From contig DASWME010000127.1 of the NCBI GenBank assembly GCA_036399915.1, forward strand, positions 14,305-78,304: 64,000 bases of DNA, written 5' to 3'. This document shows positions 9,175 through 18,912 of the stretch, in pieces. The translations under genes were made by a program, and so were the position numbers. Every line of letters begins with the position of its first letter. Within the stretch, counting starts at the first letter, position 1. The notes under the pieces are model-generated. The model was given only the letters and a program-made list of their open reading frames with translations, did not search any database and was not told the DNA's origin. Source of the DNA: Thermoanaerobaculia bacterium. Its GTDB lineage: Bacteria > Acidobacteriota > Thermoanaerobaculia > Multivoradales > UBA5704.

Positions 9175-10413
9175 ATGGCAACGATCCGACCTTTCCAGGC
9201 GTTGCGCCCGGCGCCCGAGGTGGCGGCCCGCGTCTCTTCCGTCCCTTACGACGTGGTCAGCACCGAGGAAGCCCGGGCGCAGGCGGACGGCAACCCGCTC
9301 AGCTTCCTCCGCGTCACCCGGCCCGAGATCGACCTGCCCCCCGGCACCGATCTCTACGCGGGCCAGGTCTACGCGCAGGCGGTGCGCAACTTCGAGGAGC
9401 TCAAGCGCGCGGCGCCACTCCTGATCGAGCCCGAGCCGAGCCTCTACTTCTATCGCCTCCGCGCCGGCGGACACGAGCAGACCGGACTCGCGGCCTGCTA
9501 CTCGCTCGACGAGTACGAGCAGGGCCTGATCAAGAAGCACGAGCACACCCGGCGCGACAAGGAGGACGACCGCACGCGGCACATGATCGAGCTGCGGGCG
9601 CAGACCGGGGTCGTGTTCCTGACCTATCGCGCCTCGGCCGAGGTCAACGCGATCGCGCGGCGCGTCTGCGCGGCACCCCCGCTCTACGACTTCACGGCCG
9701 AGGACGGAGTGACGCACACCCTCTGGCGCGTCGGCCGGGACGACGGAGCCGCCCTCGCCGCCGCCTTCGGCCGCGTCCCCGCGCTCTACATCGCCGACGG
9801 CCATCACCGGGCGGCGAGCGCCGCGCGGGCGCGGGCGGTGCTCCGGGGAGAGGGCGGCGCCACGGGGGAGTTCGACACTATGCTCGCGGTCGCCTTCCCC
9901 GACGAGCAGGTGCGGATCCTGCCGTACAACCGCGTCGTCAAGGACCTGGCGGGCCTCTCGCCCGAGGCCTTCCTCGCGGCGGTCGAGGCGAGGCTGCCGG
10001 TGCGCCCGGGCGGGCCGTCGCCGTCGCGCAAGGGCGAGGCCTCGATGTACCTCGCCGGCCACTGGTACACTCTCGACCTCGGCGCGGCGCGGCCTGCCGG
10101 CGGAGACCGCGACGACCGCGCTGACCGCATCGAGGGGCTCGACGTGTCGATCCTGCAGCGGGCCGTGCTCGCGGACCTGCTGAAGATCGGCGACGTGCGC
10201 TCCGACCCGCGCATCGACTTCGTCGGCGGCGCGCGCGGCACGGCAGCGCTCGAGCAGGCCGTCGACGGCGGCCGCGCGACGGTCGCGTTCTCGCTGTACC
10301 CGGTGACCGTGGACGACCTGCTGGCGATCGCCGACGCCGGCGGCATCATGCCGCCCAAGTCGACGTGGTTCGAGCCCAAGCTCCGCGACGGCCTGATCGT
10401 GCATTTGATCTAG
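9175..10413 (+). CDS. DUF1015 family protein.
   Basis: 412-aa protein with motifs ADGHHRAASA and GVVFLTYRA. It sits in a conserved position upstream of serA-serC. Confidence 0.8.
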   Translation: MATIRPFQALRPAPEVAARVSSVPYDVVSTEEARAQADGNPLSFLRVTRPEIDLPPGTDLYAGQVYAQAVRNFEELKRAAPLLIEPEPSLYFYRLRAGGHEQTGLAACYSLDEYEQGLIKKHEHTRRDKEDDRTRHMIELRAQTGVVFLTYRASAEVNAIARRVCAAPPLYDFTAEDGVTHTLWRVGRDDGAALAAAFGRVPALYIADGHHRAASAARARAVLRGEGGATGEFDTMLAVAFPDEQVRILPYNRVVKDLAGLSPEAFLAAVEARLPVRPGGPSPSRKGEASMYLAGHWYTLDLGAARPAGGDRDDRADRIEGLDVSILQRAVLADLLKIGDVRSDPRIDFVGGARGTAALEQAVDGGRATVAFSLYPVTVDDLLAIADAGGIMPPKSTWFEPKLRDGLIVHLI

Positions 10414-10429
10414 TGGGGGGAGTCATGCG

Positions 10430-11671
10430 ATGAAAGTGCTGATCGCCGACAAGTTCGAGAAGAGCGGGGTCGAAGGCTTGAAGGCCGCCGGATGCGAGGT
10501 GGTCCACGAGCCCGATCTCAAGGACGAAGCGCTGACGCGGGCGATCGCCGAGACTCAGGCCGACGTCCTGGTGGTGCGCAGCACCAGGGTCACCGAGGCG
10601 ATGCTCGACGCCGGCCGGCTCTCGCTCGTCGTGCGCGCTGGCGCGGGTTACAACACGATCGACGTGGCGGCGGCGTCGCGCTGCGGCATCTACGTGTCGA
10701 ACTGTCCCGGCAAGAACTCGATCGCGGTCGCCGAGCTGACGATGGCGCTGATCCTCTCGCTCGACCGCCGGGTGCCGGACAACGTGGCCGAGCTGCGCGC
10801 CGGCCGGTGGAACAAGAAGGAGTACTCGAAGGCGCGCGGGCTCCATGGCCAGACCCTCGGCCTGCTCGGCGTCGGCAGCATCGCCCGCGAGGTGATCCGC
10901 CGCGGCATCGCTTTCGGCCTCGACGTGGTCCTCTGGAGCCGGCGCTTCGACGGCGAGGACCGGCCGCTCGCCGAGGAGGAGGCGCAGGCGCTGGGGCTCG
11001 ACCCGGCCGCGCCGATCGCCCTGGCGCCCTCGCCCGCCGAGGTGGCGGCGCGCTGCGACATCCTGAGCGTGCACCTGGCGCTCAAGCCCGAGACCAGGGG
11101 CCTCCTCGACGCCGCGCTGCTCGGCAGGTTGAAACCGGGCGCGATGGTGATCAATACCTCCCGCGGCGAGGTGGTCGACCACGAGGCACTGGCCGCCGCG
11201 ATCAAGGAGAAGGGGCTGCGCGTGGGCCTCGATGTCTACGCCTCCGAGCCGCCGGCCGCGACCGGCGAGATGGAAGACCCCATCCTCGGCCTGCCCAACG
11301 TCTACGGCACGCACCACATCGGCGCCTCGACCGACCAGGCGCAGGAGGCGATCGCCGCCGAGACGGTGCGCATCGTGCGCACCTACATCGAGACGGGCAA
11401 GGTCCCCAACGTCGTCAACCTGTGCAGGAAGACGCCCGCCTCGCACATGCTGGTGGTGCGGCACCGCGACCGCCCGGGCGTGCTGGCGCACGTGTTCGAG
11501 CACCTGCGCGAGGGGAACCTGAACGTCCAAGAGACCGAGAACGTCGTCTTCGAGGGGGCCGAGGCCGCCGTGGCGCGCATCAACCTCGACGACGCGCCCG
11601 CGCCGGCGCTCCTCGACAAGATCCGCGGCGGCAACGCCGACGTGCTCGACCTGCAACTGATCGCGCTCTAG
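10430..11671 (+). CDS. serA: D-3-phosphoglycerate dehydrogenase with a C-terminal ACT domain.
   Basis: Rossmann motif GLLGVGSIAREV, 2-hydroxyacid dehydrogenase signature and a C-terminal ACT-like region. It is followed by serC. Confidence 0.9.
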   Translation: MKVLIADKFEKSGVEGLKAAGCEVVHEPDLKDEALTRAIAETQADVLVVRSTRVTEAMLDAGRLSLVVRAGAGYNTIDVAAASRCGIYVSNCPGKNSIAVAELTMALILSLDRRVPDNVAELRAGRWNKKEYSKARGLHGQTLGLLGVGSIAREVIRRGIAFGLDVVLWSRRFDGEDRPLAEEEAQALGLDPAAPIALAPSPAEVAARCDILSVHLALKPETRGLLDAALLGRLKPGAMVINTSRGEVVDHEALAAAIKEKGLRVGLDVYASEPPAATGEMEDPILGLPNVYGTHHIGASTDQAQEAIAAETVRIVRTYIETGKVPNVVNLCRKTPASHMLVVRHRDRPGVLAHVFEHLREGNLNVQETENVVFEGAEAAVARINLDDAPAPALLDKIRGGNADVLDLQLIAL

Positions 11672-11702
11672 CAGCTCTATCCTTTCGCAGAGGAGATCCG
11701 CG

Positions 11703-12812
11703 ATGACCACCCTGTCGACCATCAACACCAGCGCTCGCATCTACAACTTCTCGGCCGGGCCGGCGATGCTGCCCCTGCCGGTGCTCGAGGAGGCCCAGCG
11801 CGACCTCGTCAGCCTGCCGGGCGTCGGCATGTCGGTGCTCGAGATCAGCCATCGCTCGAAACCTTTCGACGAGATCATCCAGGGCGCCGAGGCCGACTTC
11901 CGCGCCCTGGCGCGCATCCCCGAGGGCTACCACGTGCTGTTCCTGCAGGGCGGCGCGAGCACCCAGTTCTCGATGGTGCCGATGAACCTGTTACCCCCCG
12001 GCGCGACCGCCGATTACATCGTCACCGGCTCGTGGTCGAAGAAGGCGCTCAAGGAAGCCAAGAAGGTCGGCGCGGTCAACGTCGCCGCGACCACCGAGCC
12101 GGAAAACTTCGCCCGCATCCCGCGCCAGGACGAACTCGCGCTGACGCCCGGCGCCGCCTACGTCCACTTCACCTCGAACAACACGATCTTCGGTACCGAG
12201 TGGCCCTCGGAGCCTGAGGTCGGCGACGTGCCGCTCGTCTGCGACGCCTCCTCCGACATCTTCTCGCGGCCGCTCGACGTCGGCCGCTACGGCCTCATCT
12301 ACGCCGGCGCGCAGAAAAACCTCGGGCCGTCCGGCCTCACGGTCGCGGTGATCCGCGACGACCTAGCGAAGCAGGGCGCCGAGTCGCTGCCGACCATGCT
12401 GCGCTATGCGACGCACGTCGAGAACAAATCGCTTTACAACACACCGCCGGTCTTCGCCATCTACATCCTGCGCCTGGTGCTCCGGTGGCTCATCGCCAAC
12501 GGCGGGCTCAAGGCGATGGCGGCGGCGAACCAGCGCAAGGCGGGCAAGCTCTACGCCGAGATCGATCGCACCGGCTTCTACCGCGGCCACGCCGCCCGGG
12601 ACAGCCGGTCGCTGATGAATGTGACCTTCCGGCTGCCCTCCGAGGACCTCGAGAAGCAGTTCGTCCAAGAGGCGACCGCGGCCGGCTTCGACGGCCTCAA
12701 GGGTCACCGCTCGGTCGGCGGTCTCCGCGCCTCGATCTACAACGCCTTCCCCGAAGAGGGAGCCGAGGCCCTGGTGGAGTTCATGCGGGAGTTCGAGAAG
12801 CGGCGCGGCTGA
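11703..12812 (+). CDS. serC: Phosphoserine aminotransferase.
   Basis: N-terminus YNFSAGPAMLP and a class-V aminotransferase lysine region. 369 aa. Confidence 0.9.
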   Translation: MTTLSTINTSARIYNFSAGPAMLPLPVLEEAQRDLVSLPGVGMSVLEISHRSKPFDEIIQGAEADFRALARIPEGYHVLFLQGGASTQFSMVPMNLLPPGATADYIVTGSWSKKALKEAKKVGAVNVAATTEPENFARIPRQDELALTPGAAYVHFTSNNTIFGTEWPSEPEVGDVPLVCDASSDIFSRPLDVGRYGLIYAGAQKNLGPSGLTVAVIRDDLAKQGAESLPTMLRYATHVENKSLYNTPPVFAIYILRLVLRWLIANGGLKAMAAANQRKAGKLYAEIDRTGFYRGHAARDSRSLMNVTFRLPSEDLEKQFVQEATAAGFDGLKGHRSVGGLRASIYNAFPEEGAEALVEFMREFEKRRG

Positions 12813-12962
12813 GGGCGGCGGGTCTGACCGGCCGATCCTCGCCCCCGAGCGCGACGCGTGACCTCATCGAACCACGCGCGGCAGGAGAACCTCGCCGAAG
12901 AGGGTCGGGAGGAGTTCGAGCTGGCCGATTCGAGCCAGCGAGATCAGCGGACCTGAAGTGAA

Positions 12963-13550
12963 ATGAACCTCCGTCCAGAACAAGAGCGAGCTCTCGCCTA
13001 CGCTCGTCGACGTGGGACCGAGGCTTCGCTCGCCGATATCAAGTCTCGGGTGTCGAGCACATACAGCGATTTCGAGGCTCTGGTTCGGCCCATCCCGCCA
13101 GGCATCGCCCGCACAAGGCCCTCTCCTTCCTCGTGGTCCGTGCAAGAGGTGGTCGACCATCTCGTGGTCAGTGATCGGCGTGCTGTCGACCAGCTCACCG
13201 AGCTGATCGCCGGCGAGTCCAGCGAAATTCCGACTCCCGCCTCTCTTCAATCGCCTACTCCGCTTGACGCCGACTGGCACGCCCTGGTTGCTGATTTCGC
13301 GCTTGTCCACCAGCGCGTCCTCGCCTTGCTCGACGCTGCCTCTGACGACATTCCTCTGCTTGCCACTGCTCGCGTCGAAATGGTCGTTAAGTGTGCGACC
13401 AGTGAGGGCACCGTCACAACGGTTCACTGGGTTCAGCGTTTTGACTGGAAAGCCTATGCCATTCTTCTCCATGCGCACAACCGCCAACACATCGCACAGG
13501 TCCAGCGCACTCTCACCTCCCTTGCCAACGCTGAACGGGGTGTCGGCTAG
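12963..13550 (+). CDS. DinB/DinB_2 superfamily protein (about 195 aa).
   Basis: Motif WSVQEVVDHLVVSDRRAVDQL resembles the four-helix metal-dependent DinB fold. GC content is locally reduced. Confidence 0.55.
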   Translation: MNLRPEQERALAYARRRGTEASLADIKSRVSSTYSDFEALVRPIPPGIARTRPSPSSWSVQEVVDHLVVSDRRAVDQLTELIAGESSEIPTPASLQSPTPLDADWHALVADFALVHQRVLALLDAASDDIPLLATARVEMVVKCATSEGTVTTVHWVQRFDWKAYAILLHAHNRQHIAQVQRTLTSLANAERGVG

Positions 13551-13944
13551 CCCCCTTGCGGTGGAGGTAACTGAATGAAGACTATCTGCATCACTACGTG
13601 GTTACTTGGTTCCGTCTTTCTCAGCATTGACACCGCTGAAGCTCGTAGTTATGGCGACATCTCACGGAGAGATCCTCGATCGCTCAGCGAGGCCGAGCGC
13701 CGCCAGGACCAGCTCGGGAGTCATCTCGACGACCGGCACTTCGCGAACGCGGTGAAGCAGCTCGGCAACGCCGTGACGCCGCCGCCGATGAGCTGGCTCA
13801 TCATGCGATGCGTGACGAGCCTCCACCGGAGGCTGCCTAGAGGCGGAGAGCGGCTGACGTCTTTTCCCAGTTTGTCCCGGTGCCCGCTTTCGTTTTCCCA
13901 CTCAACTACGGGAGAGCCGGAAGTGCTTTCTTTTCAGCGGAAAT

Positions 13945-14021
13945 TGGTCGGGACGCCGGGATTTGAACCCGGGACCCCCTGAACCCCATTCAGGTACGCT
14001 ACCAGACTGCGCCACGTCCCG
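13945..14021 (-). tRNA. tRNA-Pro (anticodon GGG).
   Basis: The reverse complement folds as a cloverleaf: CGGGACG/CGTCCCG acceptor stem with a C1:G72 pair (typical of bacterial tRNA-Pro), GCGC/GCGT D-stem, CCTGA/TCAGG anticodon stem with loop ATGGGGT (anticodon GGG), CCGGG/CCCGG T-stem with a TTCAAAT loop, and A73 plus an encoded CCA. Confidence 0.85.
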
Positions 14022-14033
14022 ACCGGAAAGCTG

Positions 14034-14501
14034 TCACGGAGACTTCGGCCCCAGAAGCGCGAGAATCTCGCGGGCCTCCTGGAGGGCTTCCTCGATCCCC
14101 GAGACGAGACGTTGTACCCGCTCGCCGCCGTCCGTGTCAAGCGCGGCGGGCCTTGACGCCAAGGGAGGCGGGGGCTCCGGCGGCGGGGGCGCCTCGACCC
14201 GGGGCTCCGCGGTGGCGGCTTGCTCCTCCTCACCGAGGCCGCCAGCCGCCAGTTCCGCCTCGAGCTTCTTCTTCGCGCCGGCGATCGTGTACCCCTCCTC
14301 GTAGAGGAGCTCCTTGATCCGCCGGATGACCTCCAGCTCCTTCTCGCTGTAGACGCGCTGGCCGGAGCGGCTTTTGCTGGGCGTGAGCGCTGGGAACTCG
14401 GTCTCCCAGTAGCGCAGCACGTAGGGCTGGATACCGAGGGCCTTGCAGGCCTCGCCGATCTTGTAGTAGAGCCGCTTCTGGACCCGGGCCTTCGACACCA
14501 T
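14034..14501 (-). CDS. MerR family transcriptional regulator.
   Basis: N-terminal [27 protein letters not shown], followed by a coiled coil and a Pro-rich tail. It lies directly downstream of the IHF/HU-like gene. Confidence 0.8.
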   Translation of the reverse strand: MVSKARVQKRLYYKIGEACKALGIQPYVLRYWETEFPALTPSKSRSGQRVYSEKELEVIRRIKELLYEEGYTIAGAKKKLEAELAAGGLGEEEQAATAEPRVEAPPPPEPPPPLASRPAALDTDGGERVQRLVSGIEEALQEAREILALLGPKSP

Positions 14502-14507
14502 CCGGGC

Positions 14508-14819
14508 TTACTCGGGCTTCCTGACCATGGAGTTGCGTAGCCGCCGCGCCGGCTTGAAGCTCAGCCCATTGTGCGGCCGGATGAACATCTTCTCGCCGCT
14601 CATCGGGTTCACCCCCATCCGCCCTGGACGGCGGGTGACCTCGAAACAGCCGAAGTTCTTGATGCGGACCGAGCGGCCGTCGGCGAGCGAGGTCTTCACG
14701 GTCTTGAAGATGGCGTCGACGATCTCCGCCGCCTCGTCCTTGGTCAGACCGCCGTGGCGGTCGTAGACCACGTCGACGAGATCGGCCTTGGTGACACCGG
14801 GACGGGGAGTTTTTTTCAT
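14508..14819 (-). CDS. Integration host factor / HU family DNA-binding protein.
   Basis: Sequence GVTKADLVDVVYDRHGGLTKDEAAEIVDAIFKTVKTSLADGRSVRIKNFGCFEV...GVNPMSGEKMFIRPHNGLSFKPARRLR matches the IHF/HU fold. Confidence 0.85.
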   Translation of the reverse strand: MKKTPRPGVTKADLVDVVYDRHGGLTKDEAAEIVDAIFKTVKTSLADGRSVRIKNFGCFEVTRRPGRMGVNPMSGEKMFIRPHNGLSFKPARRLRNSMVRKPE

Positions 14820-14895
14820 GGCCATGGGCATCGCGAGAAAGAGGATCCGTTTTTCAGCAGCCCGGGGGCTGGAGCGGTGCCTGAAGTATATGGAA

Positions 14896-16167
14896 TCAAG
14901 CCGGCACCGGCAAGGGCGGAACGGGGGCGGTCAACGCCGTCGCATACCCCTCCCGGTGCCGCGCCGCCACCGCGTCCCAGGTCAGCTCGCTCTCCGCCTT
15001 CCGCCGCCCTCGCTCCCCCATCGCCCTCGCCGCGGCGGGGTCCGCCAGCATCCGCCGCAGCGCGCCGAGGAGCGCCTCGGGGTCACCCTCGGGGACGAGC
15101 AGCCCGGTCGCGCCGTCGTCCACGGCCAGGGGGATGCCGGAGATCCGGGAGGAGACCACCGGCAGGCCGCTCGCCATGGCTTCCAGGATGACGTTCGGCA
15201 GGCCGTCCACGTTCCCCCTGCCGTCGTGCACGGCGGGAAGCACGAAGACGTCCGCCGCCCGGTAGAGGTCCGGCAGGGCGTCCCGCAGCACCGGGCCGGG
15301 GAGGTGTACCCGGCCGCTCCAAAGGTGCACCGCGGCGCGGAACCGGTCGAGCAGGTCCCCGCCGCCCGCGAGCACCACCCGCAGGTCTGGCCGCTTCGCG
15401 AGCAGCGCGGGCAGGATCTCGATCAGCACCTGGAACCCCTTCTTGGTGGCCATCCGCCCCACGCCCAGGAGGAGCGGCGCAGCCGCCGGGATGCCGAGGC
15501 GCTCGCGCCAGACCGTCCGCCGCCCGGGCGCCGGAGAGAAGGCCGCCGTATCCACCCCGTAGGGGATCACCCGCGAGCGTTCCGCCGGGAAGCCCAGAGC
15601 CCGCACGCGCTCCACCAGCTCGGGCGAGCAGCCGGTGAGCAGGCGTGTCCGCGCGAGCGCCCGGCGAGCAAGGAGCCGCACGCCACTCTTCTCGGCCAGG
15701 AACACGTCGCTGCCGTGGAGACCGATCGCCAGCGGCACGCCGGTGCCCGCCGGCACCGCCGCGGCGGCCGTGATCCCGTTGGGCACGATCCAGTGGGCGT
15801 GCACGAGATCGAACCGCCGCCTCCGGAGCTGCCGGCGAATCGCCTGGCACCCCGCGAGGAGGTAGAGCGGCGCAGCGAGCGCCGCCCGGCCTTTGATCCG
15901 CTCGTCCGCCTCCAGCGTGCGGCCGTAGCCCAGCACCTCGTGCCGCTCCGGCGCATAGCGGAAGGTGACCACCTCGACGCCGCCGTCGTTCCACGCAGGC
16001 GCCACCCCCTCGGCGTGCGGCGCCAGTACGGTCACCCGGTCACCCCCGCGGACTAGCGCCTGCGCCAGGTCGCGGATGAAGGGCCCCGCGGCGTCGCCCG
16101 CGAAACGGGGATAGGTCTGGGTAAGGAAGAGGAGGCCGAGACCGCGCCCGGCCGTCAATCCAGCCAT
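14896..16167 (-). CDS. Glycosyltransferase family 4 (GT-B fold).
   Basis: Internal Met MAGLTAGRGLGLLFLTQTYPRF. The EX7E-type motif DGLPNVILEAMASGLPVV is present. It overlaps the upstream GT2 gene by 13 nt. Confidence 0.85.
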   Translation of the reverse strand: MAGLTAGRGLGLLFLTQTYPRFAGDAAGPFIRDLAQALVRGGDRVTVLAPHAEGVAPAWNDGGVEVVTFRYAPERHEVLGYGRTLEADERIKGRAALAAPLYLLAGCQAIRRQLRRRRFDLVHAHWIVPNGITAAAAVPAGTGVPLAIGLHGSDVFLAEKSGVRLLARRALARTRLLTGCSPELVERVRALGFPAERSRVIPYGVDTAAFSPAPGRRTVWRERLGIPAAAPLLLGVGRMATKKGFQVLIEILPALLAKRPDLRVVLAGGGDLLDRFRAAVHLWSGRVHLPGPVLRDALPDLYRAADVFVLPAVHDGRGNVDGLPNVILEAMASGLPVVSSRISGIPLAVDDGATGLLVPEGDPEALLGALRRMLADPAAARAMGERGRRKAESELTWDAVAARHREGYATALTAPVPPLPVPA

Positions 16168-17144
16168 TCCTTGATCGAATAGCTGTCGCGACGGCGGAAG
16201 TTCTTGAAGGTGATCATCTCGCCGATCAGGCCGGTCGTGAGCACCTGGATGCCGAGCAGCATCAGCAGGATGCCGAGCAGCAGCAGGGGCCGGTTGGAGA
16301 GGTTCTGCCCCCCGAACCAAATCCAGGCCAGATAGGCGTTGATGCCGAAGCCGGTGGTCAGGAAGAGCAGCCCGAAGGCGCCGAACAGGTGCAGGGGCCG
16401 CCGCGTGTAGCGGGTGATGAAGAGGACCGTGATCAGGTCGAGCAACCCTTTGTAGAAGCGGTCCCAGCCGTACTTGCTCACCCCGTGCCGGCGCGGGTGG
16501 TGGGTCACCTGGATCTCGCCGACCGAAAAGCCGCGGCGGCTCGCCAGCACCGGGATGTAGCGATGCAACTCGCCGTAGACGGCGATCTCGGCCAGCACCT
16601 CTCGGCGGTAGGCCTTGAAGCCGCAGTTGAAATCGTGGATGTCCACCTGCGCGAGCTGCCGGGTCACCCAGTTGAACAGGCGCGAAGGGAGGCGCTTGCT
16701 CGCGGGATCCTGGCGCCGCCGCTTCCAGCCGGAGACGAGGTCGAGGTCCTCCTCCTCCAGAGTGGCGAGGAAGCGCGGGATCTCCTCCGGATCGTCCTGG
16801 AGGTCGCCGTCGATGGTGATGATGACGCGCCCGTTCGAGTGGTCGAAGCCGGCGCACAGGGCCGCGGCCTTGCCGAAGTTGCGCCGCAGCCGCACCAGCT
16901 TAATCCGGGGATCGCGCGCCCGCGCCTCGCGCACCCGCTCGACCGTGCCGTCGCGCGAGCCGTCGTCGACGAAGAGGACCTCGAACGTCTTTCCCAGCCG
17001 GTCGAGCACCGCCGCCACCCGTGCCGCCAGCTCCCCCACCGTGGCCGCCTCGTCGCGCACCGGGATGAGGACGGAGACATCCAGCTCCGCCGGCTCGGGC
17101 GCAGGCTCTACAGACGGCCGGATGGGGATCGGCTGGATGGTCAT
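16155..17144 (-). CDS. GT2 polyprenol-phosphate sugar synthase (ArnC/GtrB/DPM1-like) with C-terminal TM helices.
   Basis: Motifs VSVLIPVRDEA, FVDDGSRDGT and DGDLQDDPEE are followed by two C-terminal hydrophobic helices. The start at Met MTIQPIPIRPS leaves room for a divergent promoter. Confidence 0.85.
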   Translation of the reverse strand: MTIQPIPIRPSVEPAPEPAELDVSVLIPVRDEAATVGELAARVAAVLDRLGKTFEVLFVDDGSRDGTVERVREARARDPRIKLVRLRRNFGKAAALCAGFDHSNGRVIITIDGDLQDDPEEIPRFLATLEEEDLDLVSGWKRRRQDPASKRLPSRLFNWVTRQLAQVDIHDFNCGFKAYRREVLAEIAVYGELHRYIPVLASRRGFSVGEIQVTHHPRRHGVSKYGWDRFYKGLLDLITVLFITRYTRRPLHLFGAFGLLFLTTGFGINAYLAWIWFGGQNLSNRPLLLLGILLMLLGIQVLTTGLIGEMITFKNFRRRDSYSIKEWLD

Positions 17145-17184
17145 CGGGCGGTATTGTAGCAGGCGGGGCCTATAATCCCTCGCC

Positions 17185-18912
17185 ATGCAGCGCTTCGGGA
17201 GCTGGGCCGTGCTCGGCCTGCTCCTGGCGGCGACGCTGGGGGGGGCCCTCACCTTCGACCGGCGGAGCTGGCCGGGGCTGGTCGGCGACGAGGCCACGTA
17301 CCTCATGCAGGCCCAGAGCCTGGCGTGGGATCACGACCTCCGCTACTCGCGGCGGGATTACGACCGCTTCGTCGCGCAGTGGGGCGTCCGGCCCAACGGT
17401 CTGATCCTCCAGAGCGGCGACGGCGGACGCACCCTCGCCTACAGCAAGCCCGCCTCCTACGCCGCCTGGATCGCTCCCTTCTTGCGGCTCTCGCCCATCC
17501 GCGGCGCCGCCGTCGCCAACGCCCTGCTCCTCGCCCTGACGGCCGTGGTCTCGGCGCGCACGCTGGAACGGCGCCTCGGCCCCGCCGCGCCCCTCTGGGT
17601 CGCCGCCTGGATCTTCGCCTCGGTCGCCTTCGCCTACGTCTTCTGGGCGCACTCGGACCTCTTCCTGATGTCGCTCACGGCCCTCGCCCTGGCGCTCACC
17701 TACGGCGCGCCACGAAACGGCGAGCGGGAGGAGAGCCGTCTCCGGGCGGCTCTCCTCTGGCTCGCCGTGGCCGGGCTGCTCCTGCTGGTCACGATGTCAC
17801 GCCCGTTCTACGGCGCCCTGCTCGTGCCGGTCGCACTGGCGGTTCCGCCCTCGCAGCGGAAGCTGGGCCTCTCTGCCCTCGCGCTGGCGGCCGGCGTCTT
17901 CCTGGCGGTCTCCTTCTTCGCCAACCTCGCGGAGGGCGATGCCTGGACGCCCTACGGCGGCGAGCGCCAGAGTTTCGACTCCCACACCGGCTTTCCCGAG
18001 GTCGAGTTGTCCGCGGAGAGCTGGAAGGCCCAGATCGCCACGCACGGGAACCGTATCTGGAAGCCGGCGGACGAGTTCGAGCCCCGGCAGACGGCGTGGA
18101 ACCTCCTCTATTTCCTGATGGGCCGGCACGTGGGGGTCCTGCCCTACTTCCTGCCGCTCCTCCTCGGCCTCGCGGCCTTCCGCCGCGGCGAAGGACGGGG
18201 AGCGCTGATCCTGGCCGTGCTCGCCGCAGCGGCCGCCTTGCTCGTCGCCCGGCCGTTCAACTTCTACGGCGGCGGCGGCGCCATCGCGAACCGCTATTTC
18301 CTTCCCCTGTACCCGGCCTTCTGGTTCGCCGCGGCGCGGCCGGTCCGCGCCTCCTGGGCCCTGCTGGCAACGGCGCTCGCTGCGCCCTTCCTCGCGCCTC
18401 TGTGGACGCACCCCCGCGCCTTCTTCCTCGACGAGCACAGCGGCTACCGGTACGTCTCCGGCGCCGCCCGGCGGCTGCTCCCATACGAGACCACCCAGTC
18501 GCACTTGAAGCCCGGCGGCGCCGAGGACTTCGTCCACAACGGCCTGTGGATCAAGCCGCTGACCACGAGCCTGCGCGCGGAGGGGGACGGCGCCCGCATC
18601 CATCTCGGCCCCCGGGGCAGCGGCCAGATCCTGCTAGGAAGCCCGCAGCCGCTGGACGGCGTCCGGCTGACGCTCCTCCCGCCAGCCCCGTCATCCATCG
18701 AGATCTCCGGCGCCGAGACGGTGACTAGCCTCCCCCGGCCCGGCGGCGGCACCATCCGCCTCCTCCATTTCCGGCGTCCCCGCGCCGTGCACCGGATGTG
18801 GTGGACGCGGGACCTCTGGTATCTGTACCAGCTCGGGTTGGAGGGGGACGGGGGATTCTCGTTCCAGCTTCAGCCGATCGTGCACGAGGCCTCGGAGGAC
18901 AGGGGTGCATGA
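17185..18912 (+). CDS. GT-C fold membrane glycosyltransferase (ArnT/PMT-like).
   Basis: At least ten predicted TM helices, with a DE motif in the first loop (VGDEATYLMQ). It is paired divergently with the ArnC-like GT2 gene. Confidence 0.75.
   Translation: MQRFGSWAVLGLLLAATLGGALTFDRRSWPGLVGDEATYLMQAQSLAWDHDLRYSRRDYDRFVAQWGVRPNGLILQSGDGGRTLAYSKPASYAAWIAPFLRLSPIRGAAVANALLLALTAVVSARTLERRLGPAAPLWVAAWIFASVAFAYVFWAHSDLFLMSLTALALALTYGAPRNGEREESRLRAALLWLAVAGLLLLVTMSRPFYGALLVPVALAVPPSQRKLGLSALALAAGVFLAVSFFANLAEGDAWTPYGGERQSFDSHTGFPEVELSAESWKAQIATHGNRIWKPADEFEPRQTAWNLLYFLMGRHVGVLPYFLPLLLGLAAFRRGEGRGALILAVLAAAAALLVARPFNFYGGGGAIANRYFLPLYPAFWFAAARPVRASWALLATALAAPFLAPLWTHPRAFFLDEHSGYRYVSGAARRLLPYETTQSHLKPGGAEDFVHNGLWIKPLTTSLRAEGDGARIHLGPRGSGQILLGSPQPLDGVRLTLLPPAPSSIEISGAETVTSLPRPGGGTIRLLHFRRPRAVHRMWWTRDLWYLYQLGLEGDGGFSFQLQPIVHEASEDRGA

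Noticed and set aside
13575-13982. ORF with a signal-peptide-like N-terminus and a GGTGGAGG ribosome-binding site.
   Set aside because: Its 3' end overlaps the tRNA-Pro gene on the opposite strand by about 38 nt and its C-terminal half is low complexity. It is kept only as a remark inside the tRNA-islet finding.
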